From Vicugna vicugna (taxonomy: Eukaryota): 64,000 nucleotides of DNA. This document shows positions 25,305-36,921 of this stretch, piece by piece. Within the stretch, counting starts at the first letter, position 1. Each line of letters starts with the position of its first letter. The stretch lies in contig MU058198.1 of assembly GCA_013265495.1 (NCBI GenBank), positions 4,975,779 to 5,039,778 of the forward strand, in the 5' to 3' direction. Both the position numbers and the translations under genes were made by a program. The notes below the pieces were generated by a model. That model was given only the letters and a program-made list of their open reading frames with translations. It searched no databases and was not told the origin of the DNA.

Positions 25305-25935
25305 CTTTTATCCAACAAAATTTACTGAGCACCAGCCATGTATCAGGAATATCAGGAAGTGTACTAATCCTGGGGATACGAAGATAAAGGGGGAGAAAAA
25401 GACCCTGTAGCTGCTTCCAGGAAGTTGACTGTTTAGTGGTCAAGACGGACAGTAATCAAATTTTATGAACAAACATGAAACTAAACCTGTAATAAGTTAA
25501 ATAAAAGAGAAACATGTGATGCTCAGAGCACATATAACTGGGGAAATTGACTTACCAAAGAGCTCAGGAAAGGCTTTGAGAAGAAAGGGACAATTAAACA
25601 GAGAGTTAAGTGCAAAGAGTCAGTGAAAGAGCTTTTCTAGCAGCAAGCAAAGCATATGCAAAGGTCCTGTGATGAAAAGGAATGGTGCACATTCAAGAAA
25701 CTGATAGAAGTCTGGTGGGGTTGGAGCAGAGTGAGAGGGGAAGCATGGTAAAAGACACTGGGGAGCTGAGCAGGGGCCAGACAGAAGGACGCTGGGTTAT
25801 GTTAACAACTTGGGGTTTTAGCCTAAGACCAATAGAAAGCTGTTAACATGTATTGAGTGTATGTGTGGTGATGGGGGATGGATGTAGAGACTCACTTTGT
25901 GTTTTCAAGAAATAACTCTGTTGCAGTGTGGGTGA
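25305..25935 (-). mobile_element. L2 3' region
   Basis: CAACAAAATTTACTGAGCACC...CAGGAAAGGCTT...AGCATATGCAAAGGTCCTGTG. Confidence 0.8.
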
Positions 25936-26114
25936 TAGAAGTCATATCAATTTATGCCTGTGCATAGAAGCAGTTGAAGACTCCCCATTGCTTCTGGGAT
26001 AGAATTCAAAATCTTTAACATTTTTTTAGGATACTTTCTATTCTGGCTAATGTCAGCTTTAAATACTCATCTCAGGAAATGCTCCCTTACCCACCTCATG
26101 CTCAGCAATTCAAA

Positions 26115-26585
26115 TGAGTCAGCAATTGCTATGCTAATGCTAGGTAACAAACAATCCCCAAATCTCAATGACTTACAGCAATGAGCAGTTGTGGGGTTTT
26201 TGTTTTTTGTTTTTTGGGTTTTATTTTTATTTTATTTTATTTTTTTTCTTTCTCCTTCAGGAGTCTGATTTGGCAGAGGTGGCTCTGCTTCAAGTTCTGG
26301 ATTGGGTTCAGGGTTGGTCTACTTGTCTGTCATTCTGAGATGCATTCAGCTACTTGAATCATGCTTTTTCCATAAGAAACCACAAGCATATGAGAGGCCA
26401 AGCCAAACCACAAAAGCACATTGAAAGTCTCTGCTCATGTCACTTCTACACCATTTCTTGGCTAAAGCAAGCCAACATCAATGCAGTGGGAAGTGTAGTC
26501 CTTCTCTAAAGGGGAAGGTATGTAAAGAGAGGAGAGAGAAGGAAGGATGGAAGAATTGTGAGTAAATGATACAATCAGCTGCACT
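26115..26585 (-). mobile_element. MaLR solo LTR (old MLT1)
   Basis: AGTCAGCAATTGCT...GTAACAAACAATCCCCAAATCTCAATGACTTACA...CATTTCTTGGCTAAAGCAAG. Confidence 0.75.
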
Positions 26586-26689
26586 TGCTCTTACTTAATT
26601 ATAGCATACAGAAGTGGCTAAGGGTAGTATTAAAAAAAAAACAACACACAAATCTCCCTGCCCCTGCCTCAAAAAAAAAAAGAATAAAG

Positions 26690-26805
26690 TTTTCGAGTCA
26701 AGACATTGTGACTTTGAATCCTGGCTTTAAAACTTCCTAGCTCTGTGAGTCTAGGCAAGTTAGTAACCTCCTTGTACATCATGTATCTCATCTGTGATGA
26801 TGATG

Positions 26806-26866
<61 letters not shown>

Positions 26867-26945
26867 CTCCCTACATCAAGAGGATTAACTTGGTTAAGTG
26901 CTTAGAGAAATGCTTGGGTATAATAAGTGCTCAATAAATATTAGG
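26690..26945 (+). mobile_element. MIR SINE with internal microsatellite
   Basis: TTTGAATCCTGGCT...CTAGCTCTGTGA...GGCAAGTTA...TAAGTGCTCAATAAATATTAG. Confidence 0.75.
26795..26865. repeat. (TGA)4(TAA)19 compound microsatellite
   Basis: Perfect trinucleotide run read directly from the sequence. Confidence 0.95.
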
Positions 26946-26959
26946 AAGTTTTAATAAAA

Positions 26960-27268
26960 GTTCACATCCCCTTATTCAAAATCAGACATGTTTTGAAATT
27001 TAGAATTATTTCAATGGAAGACAATGTGATACACACACCATATTAATACAGAGCATCCCCTATGGGTTCTGGGGTAACAACCTATAACCAAAGTCTTGAC
27101 TATTCTGCCGTGAAACATTACCATTCACTCAAAATGGAAAAATAAAAAGTATAAACACTTTTATATGAGATCCGCTCAGGTTTTTTCACAAAAATTAGTT
27201 ATGAAAACATGTTGGTTTTCAGAGCATTTGGGGTTTTAGGTTTGTGGGAAAAGGGTGGTGGCGGGTGT
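26960..27268. mobile_element. MER46C-like (TcMar-Tigger) element
   Basis: ATCCCCTTATTCAAAAT...TCAGGTTTT...TTGGTTTTCAGAGCATTTGGGGTTTT. Confidence 0.65.
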
Positions 27269-27629
27269 TAGCTTTGAAACGGGGTGTGCCAGTGGGTCTT
27301 TGCGTGTATGTGCTGAGCTCGCCCCTTGACATGCACTCCAGACCCCTCTTGGTGGATAAATTCTAGTTGGGCCATGATCCCAAATATCACCTCATCCTTT
27401 GAAGCCCTGCTATGCCGCAAGCTGGAAATAATTTCTCCTCTGCTGCCTTCCCACAACACTGATCACTCTGTACCCCTTTGCTCTAATTACTTGTGTTGAT
27501 TCTTGAGTTTAGGGATCGTGTGAAATTGCAGGTGCTCCATAAATGTTCTCTGACTTGAAGGCTATATGCCCTCATCTTCCCACACCCTGTACTGATGGCC
27601 ACTACTGGTTACATGACTAGTTACCATTA

Positions 27630-27860
27630 GCAGCAATAATCACCGTTGCTAGTATCTATCGAGCGCTTGCAGTGTCAGGTCCTCTGGTAGGTACTCATCT
27701 CCTGATTTGATCCTCACATCTTTCTGCAGTGACGCCATTATTTTACACACAAGGGAACTGAAGCAGAGAAGGATTTCATACCTTGCCAGTTAATAAAAGC
27801 TGGAATCTGAGGATGAGAGTATTGAATTGACTATCAGCCCAAAGACTTTCCACGTCCAGA
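27630..27860 (-). mobile_element. MIR SINE fragment
   Basis: TATCGAGCGCTT...TTTGATCCTCACA...ATTTTACAC...GGAACTGAAGCAGAG. Confidence 0.65.
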
Positions 27861-27993
27861 TGGTGTTTGTTACTCCCTGTGACTCACAGCCACTAGGATA
27901 CACTGCTTCTCAGAGCAGGTATCCTCTAGTGAGTTGTTTTTGAGGAAATACAGAAATCTTTTCCATGTGGACGTTCCTTCTACAGCATCCATG

Positions 27994-28424
27994 TGTCAGA
28001 GCAAACGAGAGCCAGACAGAAGTTAAAGTGGTGAAAGCTGATTTTATTCAGGGTTCGTTGCAATAAGGGAAGAGCCTTCAGTATAGAACTAGGCTCCAGT
28101 CCAAATACAAAAGACAAGTAGGGATTTATAGCCAAGAATCAAGGTGAGGGGTCAGTGCCTGGAAAATCACTAGAGGAAACATCGGGGTAAGTGCTATTTT
28201 GGCTGAACTGAGTCAGCAGAATTCTTGCTGAAGGCAGGCCATGGTGATAAGATACGGAGGGTGAGGGAAGAGAAATCAGGTATCAAGGGTTGGAGATTTT
28301 TGCTTAACTGACCCAGCAGGATTCTTGCTAAAAGTGGACTAAATGAGCCAAGGATTGAGCCCGAGGTTGGGCCTTGTCAAAATGGTCCCTCACCCAAGGT
28401 TGGTCAGGGAGCAACTCTTGCACA
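27994..28424 (-). mobile_element. ERV1 solo LTR (MER31-like)
   Basis: TG...CA ends; repeated GCAG(A/G)ATTCTTGCT; minus-strand TATAAA and AATAAA; probable 4-bp TSD CATG/CAGG. Confidence 0.8.
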
Positions 28425-29079
28425 CAGGGGTGGTGGTCATCAGGGTCTCCTTGAATACCCTCAGGGAGCCCAGTGCCTTCCAGGGCATATCCCTTCACAG
28501 GACAATCCAGGTTAAGAATTCTTCGCAACTTCACCAAGTACCTTTGTTTTACCAACTTGTGACATCTATTCGCTGATCCAAATTCCAATCTTTTAAGGGA
28601 TGATGGTTTTGACACCAATGAAGGCAGTGGGCTGGAGGAAAAAGAGGTGGAAGTAACCAAGGAACACAGATACATTCGTGTCCAGGTAGATGACCCATCT
28701 GACTCCCTGGCCTTGAGTGTCCCTTTTCCAAGGGTCTTCATCTGCTCTTCTTTCCCACAACGTACTCCCATTCACACACTGAGAAATGTGACCTCTTTAA
28801 AATGTTAACCACTGTGAGTGGACTTACTCCTTTTTTAACTTTCCCTTTTTAAAGGTAGTCCCCTGACTAATAGGGGACACCCAGGCAATGTTGATTATAT
28901 GTTTAAATGAATGATTGATTAATCAGATAGTTGGACAGGTGTTTGGTTGGATGGATGATGACCAGATGAATAAACAAATGGATGGATGATGACTGTCAAA
29001 TTTCTTGTTTAATGCCGTATGGATTTGACTTACTCTTTGCCTGAGATACTCATTTTTAAAAAATTTCCTATGTAGATGC

Positions 29080-29300
29080 TTTTAAAAGTTTTATTGAAGT
29101 ATAGTTGATGTACAATCTATAATAGTTTCAGGTGTACAGCACAGTGGTTCAGTAGTTTTATAGATTATACTCCATTTAAAGTTATTACAAAATAATGACC
29201 ATGTTTCCCTGTTCTGTACAATATATCCTCGTTGCTTATCTATTTCATATATAGTAGTTTGTATCTCTTAATCCCATACCCCTATCTTACCCTCCCCTCC
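29080..29300 (-). mobile_element. L1 3' end (artiodactyl/laurasiatherian type)
   Basis: TTTTATTGAAGTATAGTTGATGTACAA...ATACTCCATTTAAAGTTATTACAAAATAATG. Confidence 0.88.
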
Positions 29301-29439
29301 TTGAAATGTTTATTTTTAAACCAGTTCTGTTGGGTCATTTCAGACATACCTGGGTCAATGGCTGTTGAGCCATTGCAAGCCAAAGGAGGATAAAGGTCCA
29401 GATTGACACCTTGGAGCCGCATTCCTGAGCCCAGCAGGT

Positions 29440-29660
29440 AGAAGAGCATGGACTTTAGAGTTCAACATACTTTCTCAGCTTGATGCATTGATCAGCTGAG
29501 CTTCAGTCCCTCCATCTGCACATAAGTGTGGTAAAACCCACCTCCTGGAGTTGTCTTGAGAATTTAGTAAAATAACATTTGTGATGCCTCTTGACCCAAG
29601 CCCAGCATGAGGAAAGGCCCTTTTATGATGCCAGCTTTGATCACTCTTGCCATTATTATT
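29440..29660 (+). mobile_element. MIR SINE fragment
   Basis: AGAGCATGGACTTTAGAG...CTGAGCTTCAGTCCCTCCATCTG. Confidence 0.65.
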
Positions 29661-30049
29661 GAAAACACTGCCCATGGATCCACTCCTCTGCCCCTACCCT
29701 ACCAGGTACTCCTCATCCTGAGCAGCACGTGGACTCCTAGCACAAGCTGTTTATGTAGGAAGCATGGATTCTGTGCAGGGGCACCCCACTGAGTCTTCTA
29801 ATTAATCCCTCCTTCTGTAAGGTTGACCCCCACCTGCTACTAGGGCATAGGCCTTCCAGCATCACCTGCTGCTGGGTAGGACTGGAAGCTAAGAGGGGAT
29901 TTAGATTAGACAGCTGTCAGCAGTGGATATTTCTGGATCAAGCCTGAAGCAATGGATTTGCTGCAGACCAGCTTGAAGCCACTGCCAGTCTTTCCAGAGG
30001 GAAGCTGACTGTGGCTCAATTCTCTGCTCACCCAGTGCAGGATTTGTAG

Positions 30050-30220
30050 TGCATAGAAACTGGTGTCAGGCAACCCTGGATGGGAATTCCTACTGTAAGC
30101 TGGGTGATACTGAGCAAGTCACTTAACCTCTCTGAGTTTTGGTTTCCTTACCTATGAAATACGGATAATAATACTTTCCTCACTCCTGATGGCAATACAA
30201 GGCAATAAGACACTAGCACA
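30050..30220 (+). mobile_element. MIR SINE (target of the following L1 insertion)
   Basis: GCAAGTCACTTAACCTCTCTGAGTTTTGGTTTCCT...GGATAATAATAC. Confidence 0.75.
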
Positions 30221-30770
30221 CAAGAGAAAGAAAAACAGCATATGATGTCACTTACATGTAGAATCTTAAAAAAAAAATGAGACAAATGAACTTATTTGCA
30301 AAACGGGAACAGACTCACAGACATAGAAAACAAACTTGTAGTTACCAGAGGGGAAGAGGAGGATGGAGGGATAAATTGAGAGTTTGAGATTTGCAAATAC
30401 TAACTCTCTATATAAAATAAATAATCAGGTCCTACTGTATAGCAGAGGGAACTATATTCAATACCTTATAATAGCTTATAATGAAAAAGAATATGAAAAG
30501 GAATACATATATATATATATATATGTGTAACTGACTCACTGTGCTATACACCAGAAATTAACACAATATTGTAAACCGACTATACGTCAATAAAAAAAAT
30601 TAAATTAATTCATTAATTAAATAAGCTACAGGGATAAATTGCACAACATGGGAAATATAGCAAATATTTTTTAATAACTATAAATGGAGTATAACCTTTA
30701 AAAATTGTGAATCACTATATTGTATACCTGTAATTTATATATCAACTGTACTTCAATTAAAAAAAAGATT
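30221..30770 (+). mobile_element. Composite L1: two different L1 3' ends in tandem
   Basis: First tail ends GACTATACGTCAATAAAAAAAA at about 30600; second tail (ATAAGCTACAGGG...AATGGAGTATAACCTTTAAAAATTGTGAATCAC) ends TACTTCAATTAAAAAAAA at about 30766. Confidence 0.88.
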
Positions 30771-31114
30771 CATAAAAAACCACTAGCATACTAATCACAG
30801 GAACTGTCACATGGTACTATACACCCAAATGGTGATTTAAAAAAAAATTTAACCTCCTTAGTGAGGCTCTATAGGCTTTTATTATAGGGGTTCGACTTTC
30901 CATTCTAGTCTTCAGAAAGCAGGCGAACCTCAAGGTTAGCCCTTGAAATTGAGGTAGGCCGGCTCCAAACTGTACACCAATTCTCTAATCATTTACCACT
31001 TTATCAGAAAAGCAAATGCACTGTCATCTGTCTTAGTGCCTTTTTTAAGTATAGGGAGGAAGACCAGGGCTCCTATGTCCCACTTCCGTCCAGATAGTTT
31101 TCTGGATCCTAAGC

Positions 31115-31443
31115 CAGAGGTTGGCAAGCCCATGAGTCAAGTCTGGCCTGCTGCCTGATTTTGTGTTGCCCACAGGCTAGTATTGCTTTTTACGTTTCTA
31201 AATGGCTGGGGGGAGAAATCAAAAGGAGAATACTATTTTGCGATACATGAAAACCTTATGACATTCCAACTTCAGCGTTCATGAATGAAGTTTTCTTTGA
31301 GCATAGCCATGCCCGTTTGTTCATGTGTTGTTGGCGACATTTGAGCTACAATGATGGAGTTAAGTAGTCATGACAGAGACGATGTAGGTGGTAAAGGTGA
31401 AAATAGTTACTCTCTGATCCTTCTCCAAGTTCTCCAAGCTCTG
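31115..31443 (+). mobile_element. MER58B-like hAT-Charlie element
   Basis: CAGAGGTTGGCAA...AAATCAAAAGGAGAATA...GACAGAGAC; 8-bp TSD TCCTAAGC/TCCTAGGG. Confidence 0.85.
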
Positions 31444-31694
31444 TCCTAGGGCAAACTTTTGAGTGGGCTATTCAGTATAAGAAATGGTCCTTCCCATGGG
31501 GGCTCACAGTCTAGGATGTCAGAAACAGCGACTGTTCAGCTGGCTTCCTCCAGGAAGGGAATGAATGGGTCTAAGAGGCTCTGACGTTGGCCATTTTAGA
31601 CAACAGGTAAACACTTCCTTAAAGGGGATTCAGACATCTGATTGGCAGTTGGGCAAGATGGTCTCTTAAGTCCTGGTGTCACTCTTTTCAAGCT

Positions 31695-31855
31695 TATAAA
31701 TCTCTCTCAATCTCAGTTTCTTATTTTTTTAAAATGGAAATAATAATCTGAAGGGCTATTGTGAGGCTTAAATTGCATAAGCATGACAGGCACCCAGCCC
31801 AGCACTTGCCACATAAAAAAGAGCTAAAATGTGTATTATTACCATTATGATGATT
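31695..31855 (+). mobile_element. MIR SINE fragment
   Basis: CTCAGTTTCTTATTT...AAAATGGAAATAATA...TGTGAGGCTTAAAT. Confidence 0.7.
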
Positions 31856-31879
31856 CACATTTAAAAACTATTATTCTCA

Positions 31880-32050
31880 ATCTCTTTCTTACTGGCTGTG
31901 TGACTGAGGACAATTTATTCTATCAAAGCCTTAGCTTCTTCATCTTTAAAATGGTGCCGGTAGAAGAAACCTACCTCATAGAGTGGTTGTGACATTTAGG
32001 TGTCTTCAGATAGTGCATTGCTGCGTGCAGTCAGCATGCAGTGGGTGGTT
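31880..32050 (+). mobile_element. MIR SINE fragment
   Basis: CTTACTGGCTGTGTGAC...CATCTTTAAAATGG...ACCTACCTCATAGAGTGGTTGTGA. Confidence 0.75.
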
Positions 32051-32564
32051 TCTTAAATTTCTCCATTTCCCTGCAGCACTGATATTCCAGGGGTTTGCAA
32101 TGTCTGTAGAGCTTCCCCCTGTGGCTTTCACCCTGGGACCACTCATTTGTCATTGGCCACCGTCATCTTGCGTCTTTTTAGTGCACCTGTCATGCCTCTC
32201 TATGAATCATCTAAGACATCTAAGTCTTTGAGGGCTGGGGGGGGTGTCTTGTGTGCCACTTGTTATTTAATCTAAAATTAAGGTGGGAAAAGCCAGCTTG
32301 AATGATTTTAATATACAAATTGCAGCCTGGCATGGTTTGATGTAGCTAAGTCCTGGCTTTTCTCCCAGGATTGGAGAGATCGAGTAAGTTATACTTAGAC
32401 TGTTCTGGAGAGCAGGTGGGGAGGCAGGCACCAAGGTGTGATGGCTCAGGGGGCTGCCAGAGAGGAACTTTGTGAGATGCTATTTATGGTTGATCAGGAA
32501 CCCAAACACCTGCTCATGGATCCTCAGCTTTCACCACGAGGCTCTACCTGTCACATCCCCTGGA

Positions 32565-33465
32565 CATTGACAAGCTGGCTCATTAAAGCCATTTTCCCCT
32601 TCTTCTTTAATGATAGAATGCCTGGCTCCACACGACATACAACCACTCAGAATAAGAACTAAACCTCCCAGCTTCCTTCATTACCCAATGGAAGCCATGT
32701 AAGTTCTGGTCGATGGGGTGTAAGCAGAGGTATCCTGTGAAATTACCAAGAAATGTTCTTTAAAGGGAGGGGCTCACCTCTTTTCAGTGCTTCCTCCTTC
32801 CTGCTGGCTGGAATGTGGATTAGACGGGTGGAGCATAAGTGGCCATTTTAGGTCATACCTTAGATTAGGTTCTCTCAGAAGAGTGGACTCTCAGAGATCT
32901 GAGAGCAAGTTATTTATATGGCAGGTGATCCCAGAAAGCACTGATAGGAGATGGGGAAGTGAGAGGAGAGGGGAAGGAAGCTAGTATAGGGTGTGTTAAT
33001 GAAGAAATTATGGCAGATCCATCCTGCTGGGGAACTCTGGGAAATCATGTAGCACATGCTTCAGAGGCATTCTGCTTGAAAGGTGGGGGAGCTGGGGTAT
33101 TTATACCCCAACACCTGTCTGTCATTGGCTGAAGGGTGCTCTTGGGAATCATTACCTCCCTAGCACTGTCAGGTTTTCATCCGCAAGTGTTTGGCCAGAG
33201 AAGAGGGTAGAGAGTCTGTGTTTGGAATGGTGAAGACTTAAAGGGATATAGAGGCACTGCGAGCATGTGCTCTAGACCAAGAGGTCCAGCATGGTAAGCA
33301 AAGGGAAAGAAGGTGCCTTGGTGTCCCTGCTGACTGTGGGGCCATCACACCAGGCTTGGACAGCTTACCTCTAGAGTTTAGGTCAAAGGAAAAAAAATCT
33401 AATAGATTTGTTTAAGCCACTGTTGGGTTTTCTGTCACTCACAGCCAAACCTAATTCCAAATGAT
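32565..33465 (+). mobile_element. MaLR solo LTR (MLT1I/J-like) interrupted by an ERVL LTR
   Basis: 5' part CCCCTTCTTCTTTAATGATAGAA...TCCCAGCTTCCTT; 3' part TTGTTTAAGCCACTGTT...CAGCCAAACCTAAT. Confidence 0.7.
32856..33274 (-). mobile_element. ERVL solo LTR (LTR16-like)
   Basis: GCAAGTTATTTATATGGCAGGTGATCCCAGAAAGCAC...GGAGCTGGGGTATTTATAC...GTCATTGGCTGA. Confidence 0.7.
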
Positions 33466-34575
33466 GATGATGGTGGTGGTGGTGGTGGTAATAAAGATAA
33501 CCAGCATATATTAAACATGATATTTGAATCTACTTAATTGTTATACCCAGCCCCACCTCCCCCCCACACATACACGAAGGTAAGTTTTATGATCTTTTAT
33601 GGCCTGTTCATTGCCTGATACATAGTAGACTGTTTGATACACGGCAAGCAATCAGAAAATATGTATTGAATGGATGAATAAATGAGAAAAATAAAGAAAA
33701 AGCCAATATTTGAACCCTTATCAATCTATTTCCAGCTCCTCCTCTCTTAACCACTGTGTCATGGTGAAAAGTGAAATCCTATTCTATGAAGGATTGACAT
33801 ATAAATGCCCAAGAGCCTGAGTCTTGGCAAAGACAGAGACCTGGGATGGGATGAAGCAGTGAATGTGCTTGTGAAATAGATCATTTTCAGAAAAAGTCAG
33901 CGTGAGGAGCTGAGTCAGAGGCTTGTAGCAAAGGACAGGAGCAGCTCTTGTCCTGGAAACTCTGTCAAGGCCAAGGCCAGGTCAGGGAACGGTGGTCCAT
34001 GAGTGGGACTCGGAACCAGGCATCTCTGGAAAGCCTCCTCCTTCCCTCCCTTGCCACTCAAAGCTCCTCTTGTTGAGCCATTGAACCTGTGACCAGATAA
34101 CCCTGTAGGTACTCTTGGCCCCCAGCACAGCGGCATTTACCCTAAAAGTGTTCAAACAGAGGCTGGTTGGCAAATGATCAAGGATGTTGTAGAGGTTTAT
34201 GGAGCTGGGCTCGGAGACTAGACACGACAGGCTCTGAGAAAGGTCCTAAAGAGATAATGAACCTCATCTCTGCCTTTATCGCCTTTCAGGATGGGTTTCC
34301 AGTCCACAGTGGGCAAGCATCCTTTCCTCCTTAGTGCTAGGGTTCATCCACTGGTAGTTTGTCCCTAGGAAGCCCATACAAGTCTAGAGTTTTAAGCAAT
34401 CACCTTTACTGTTAGCATGTACAACGCATTTCCCAACTAGGAATCTTTACAGTGGCTCCGTAAATAGATGAGTGTGCAAAGCGTATTTATCTCCAGTGTG
34501 GGCATCACTCCAGTCCCTGGGCTCTGAGAGTTTGGCCATGGGCTGTCTAGTGGCAGATTTACTTCCAAAGAACTT

Positions 34576-35042
34576 CTTTTTCTCCCCCAGTTTTATTAAG
34601 AAATAATTAACACGCGTCAGTGTATACATTTCAGATGTACAGCATGATGATTTACACATAGTATGAAATGATTACCACGAGTAGGTTTGGTTAACATCCA
34701 GCATCTCACATAGATACAATGAAAAGAAAAGAAAAAATTTCTCCTTGGTGTGAGAATTCTTAGTAGACGGTACGTTAACAACCTTCCTATGTAACAGACG
34801 GCAATGTTAACTCTAAGCATCATGCTGTATATTACATCCCTAGTACTTACTAATCTTATAACCAGAAGTTTGTACCTTTTGACGACCTCCCTCCACTTTC
34901 CCCTCTTCCCATCCCCTCAGCTGGTAACCACAAGTCTGATCTCTCTCTACGAGTTTGGTGGTGGTTTTGTTTTGTTTTCAGATTCTGCATATAAGCAAAG
35001 AACATACGGTGTTTGTCTTTCTCTGTCTGATTTATTTCACTC
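34576..35042 (-). mobile_element. L1 3' end, same subfamily as 3916-4760
   Basis: CCCAGTTTTATTAAGAAATAATT...CATCCCTAGTACTTA...GTCTTTCTCTGTCTGATTTATTTCACT. Confidence 0.9.
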
Positions 35043-35064
35043 CCAGGGCACTTCTAATGAGATA

Positions 35065-35300
35065 ATGTCATTCGTGTATTTATTCAACAAGCATTTATTG
35101 GCGTGATTGGTGTGTTTGAGGCGCTGAATAGTGGAAGATGATACTAGCATGAATAAGATGACTTAAGATGTGGTACTGTAGTTGGCAGTGTCTTGGGGGA
35201 AATAGACTCAATTATATTACAATGACATATGTACCTTTTTAAGGTGTTGGATAGAGGGAGGAGTGACTAAGTTCACCTGGAGGAGTTAGGAAAGCGATAA
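35065..35300 (-). mobile_element. L2 3' end
   Basis: TTTATTCAACAAGCATTTATTG...ATGAATAAGA. Confidence 0.65.
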
Positions 35301-35439
35301 CCTACCTGAGCTCACACAAGCGCTAAGCCTTTCCCCATTCTTCACATACCCCCATGCCTTCCTGCGTACCGATGCCTCTGCCTAGATACCTTCTCTTCTC
35401 TACTGTTGTTGGCAAAATCTTATTGCTATTTTAAGGCTA

Positions 35440-36005
35440 TGGCAGACTGTGTTGGTAGCCAACCCAAAGGGTTGTTCTTCTTTTCTCCATGTTTATAGAC
35501 TCTTGTTCAGGGAGAAATGGCGCCATTTCTGGGAGATCAGACCATGGTGATAAAACTTGGTTGACCTAAGTCAATATGGTACCCAGTTTCCTTTGGCTGC
35601 GTAATTCATTCCATAATTCATTCTGTAAGCGTGTTACTATCAGTAGTAGTCATGGAAGTTTCATAGCAACAATGTAGTTGGAGGCATGGACACCAAAGAT
35701 ACTTAATTGTCTTACGCCAAGCTGGGACTGAGAAGTGACCGAGAAGTGTCATCAAGTACTGTAGTCCTGCCTGAGTTTCCACTCTGCCTTCCCCTGGGAA
35801 GTTGGATTGTTGCCTTAGACCATTTGATGCCTTCCCCACGTCTGAGCATCCCATTCTCACACAGCCGTGCTCACGGCATAAAGAAGAGGCAGGTCTCCCC
35901 TCTGTGTCTTTTTTCATGGTGTGAAACCACCAAGTCTCACTGGCCAAAACTAGGTCCGTTGCCCTCACTCCCAGCCCTGTTAGCTTAGGCTACACATGAA
36001 GCAAA
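35440..36005. mobile_element. Old MLT1 LTR fragments, apparently in two orientations
   Basis: TGGCAGACTGTGTTGGTAGCCAACCCAA (sense start), followed by antisense-type TCTCACTGGCCAAAACTAGGTC. Confidence 0.45.
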
Positions 36006-36921
36006 GGGGAAGTGGTAAGGCTGGAATATTAAAGACTTTAATTTCCTGTGGTTGCCTTCCAGGAGCAAGAGATGCTGTGATTAGATCTGTGTGTCTTTAA
36101 AAAAAAAAAGGGTGACGGGGTTCTGATTTAAGTGTGAGTTTGATGTTGGATCTGGGTGAAACTGACAGCAAGGAGACTATGACAATATTTCAGTAGAGAG
36201 ACCATCAGAGCCCAGAGCTGGGTAGTAGAGGCAAGGACAGGAGGAGGTCAGAGAATGAGGGTCTGGAATATTCTGTGGCCACATCTGGCCCTTCCATGGA
36301 CCCTGTGACTCCTCCTTTGAAGAGAAGCCCTCCTGTGTCTCAGTCACACAGCACATCAGTAGCTTAAACCCCTGCCCCTGCATCTTCTCCAGTAAAGAGC
36401 AGGAAAGGAAAATAATTGACTTGATCCGGGGCAGTGGGCACATGACTGCAGGGATCTGTTTAATTAAATTTTATCTGCAGCCATGTAGCAGATGAAAAAT
36501 CAGCGAACCTTCCACGGCCCTCTTAACACAAGCACTTTATATGGCAACACAGCAGCGTGAAGGAAGGAAGCTTGTCATCTGGCTAAGTTCAATGTTTCCT
36601 GGGAGCGGCTGGGAATTCTGAGATGCAGGGAGACGTGGAGACAGATGGGTGGACCCTTTATCAGGGGATCCCGTTTCGCGGTGCAGCCAGGCAGGGTCAC
36701 GGCAAGTGTGTCCGCCGCAGGCTAGACAGCACAGAGGCTTGTTCATATTCACAGCCCACTCTCTTCGGCAAGGATTCTTTGCTCGCCTTCTACATGCCGG
36801 GTACTGTTCCGGACTCTGGGTCCTCCACGGGAAACAAGCCCTGGGGAGGCAGATGAATGATGAGACAATAATCAATGTTCAATAGAATAACTACTCTGAT
36901 GGGACAGATGCCCTGGGGACG

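Noticed and set aside
28328..28771. 147-aa minus-strand ORF
   Set aside because: Runs into the MER31-like LTR; no gag, pol or env motifs
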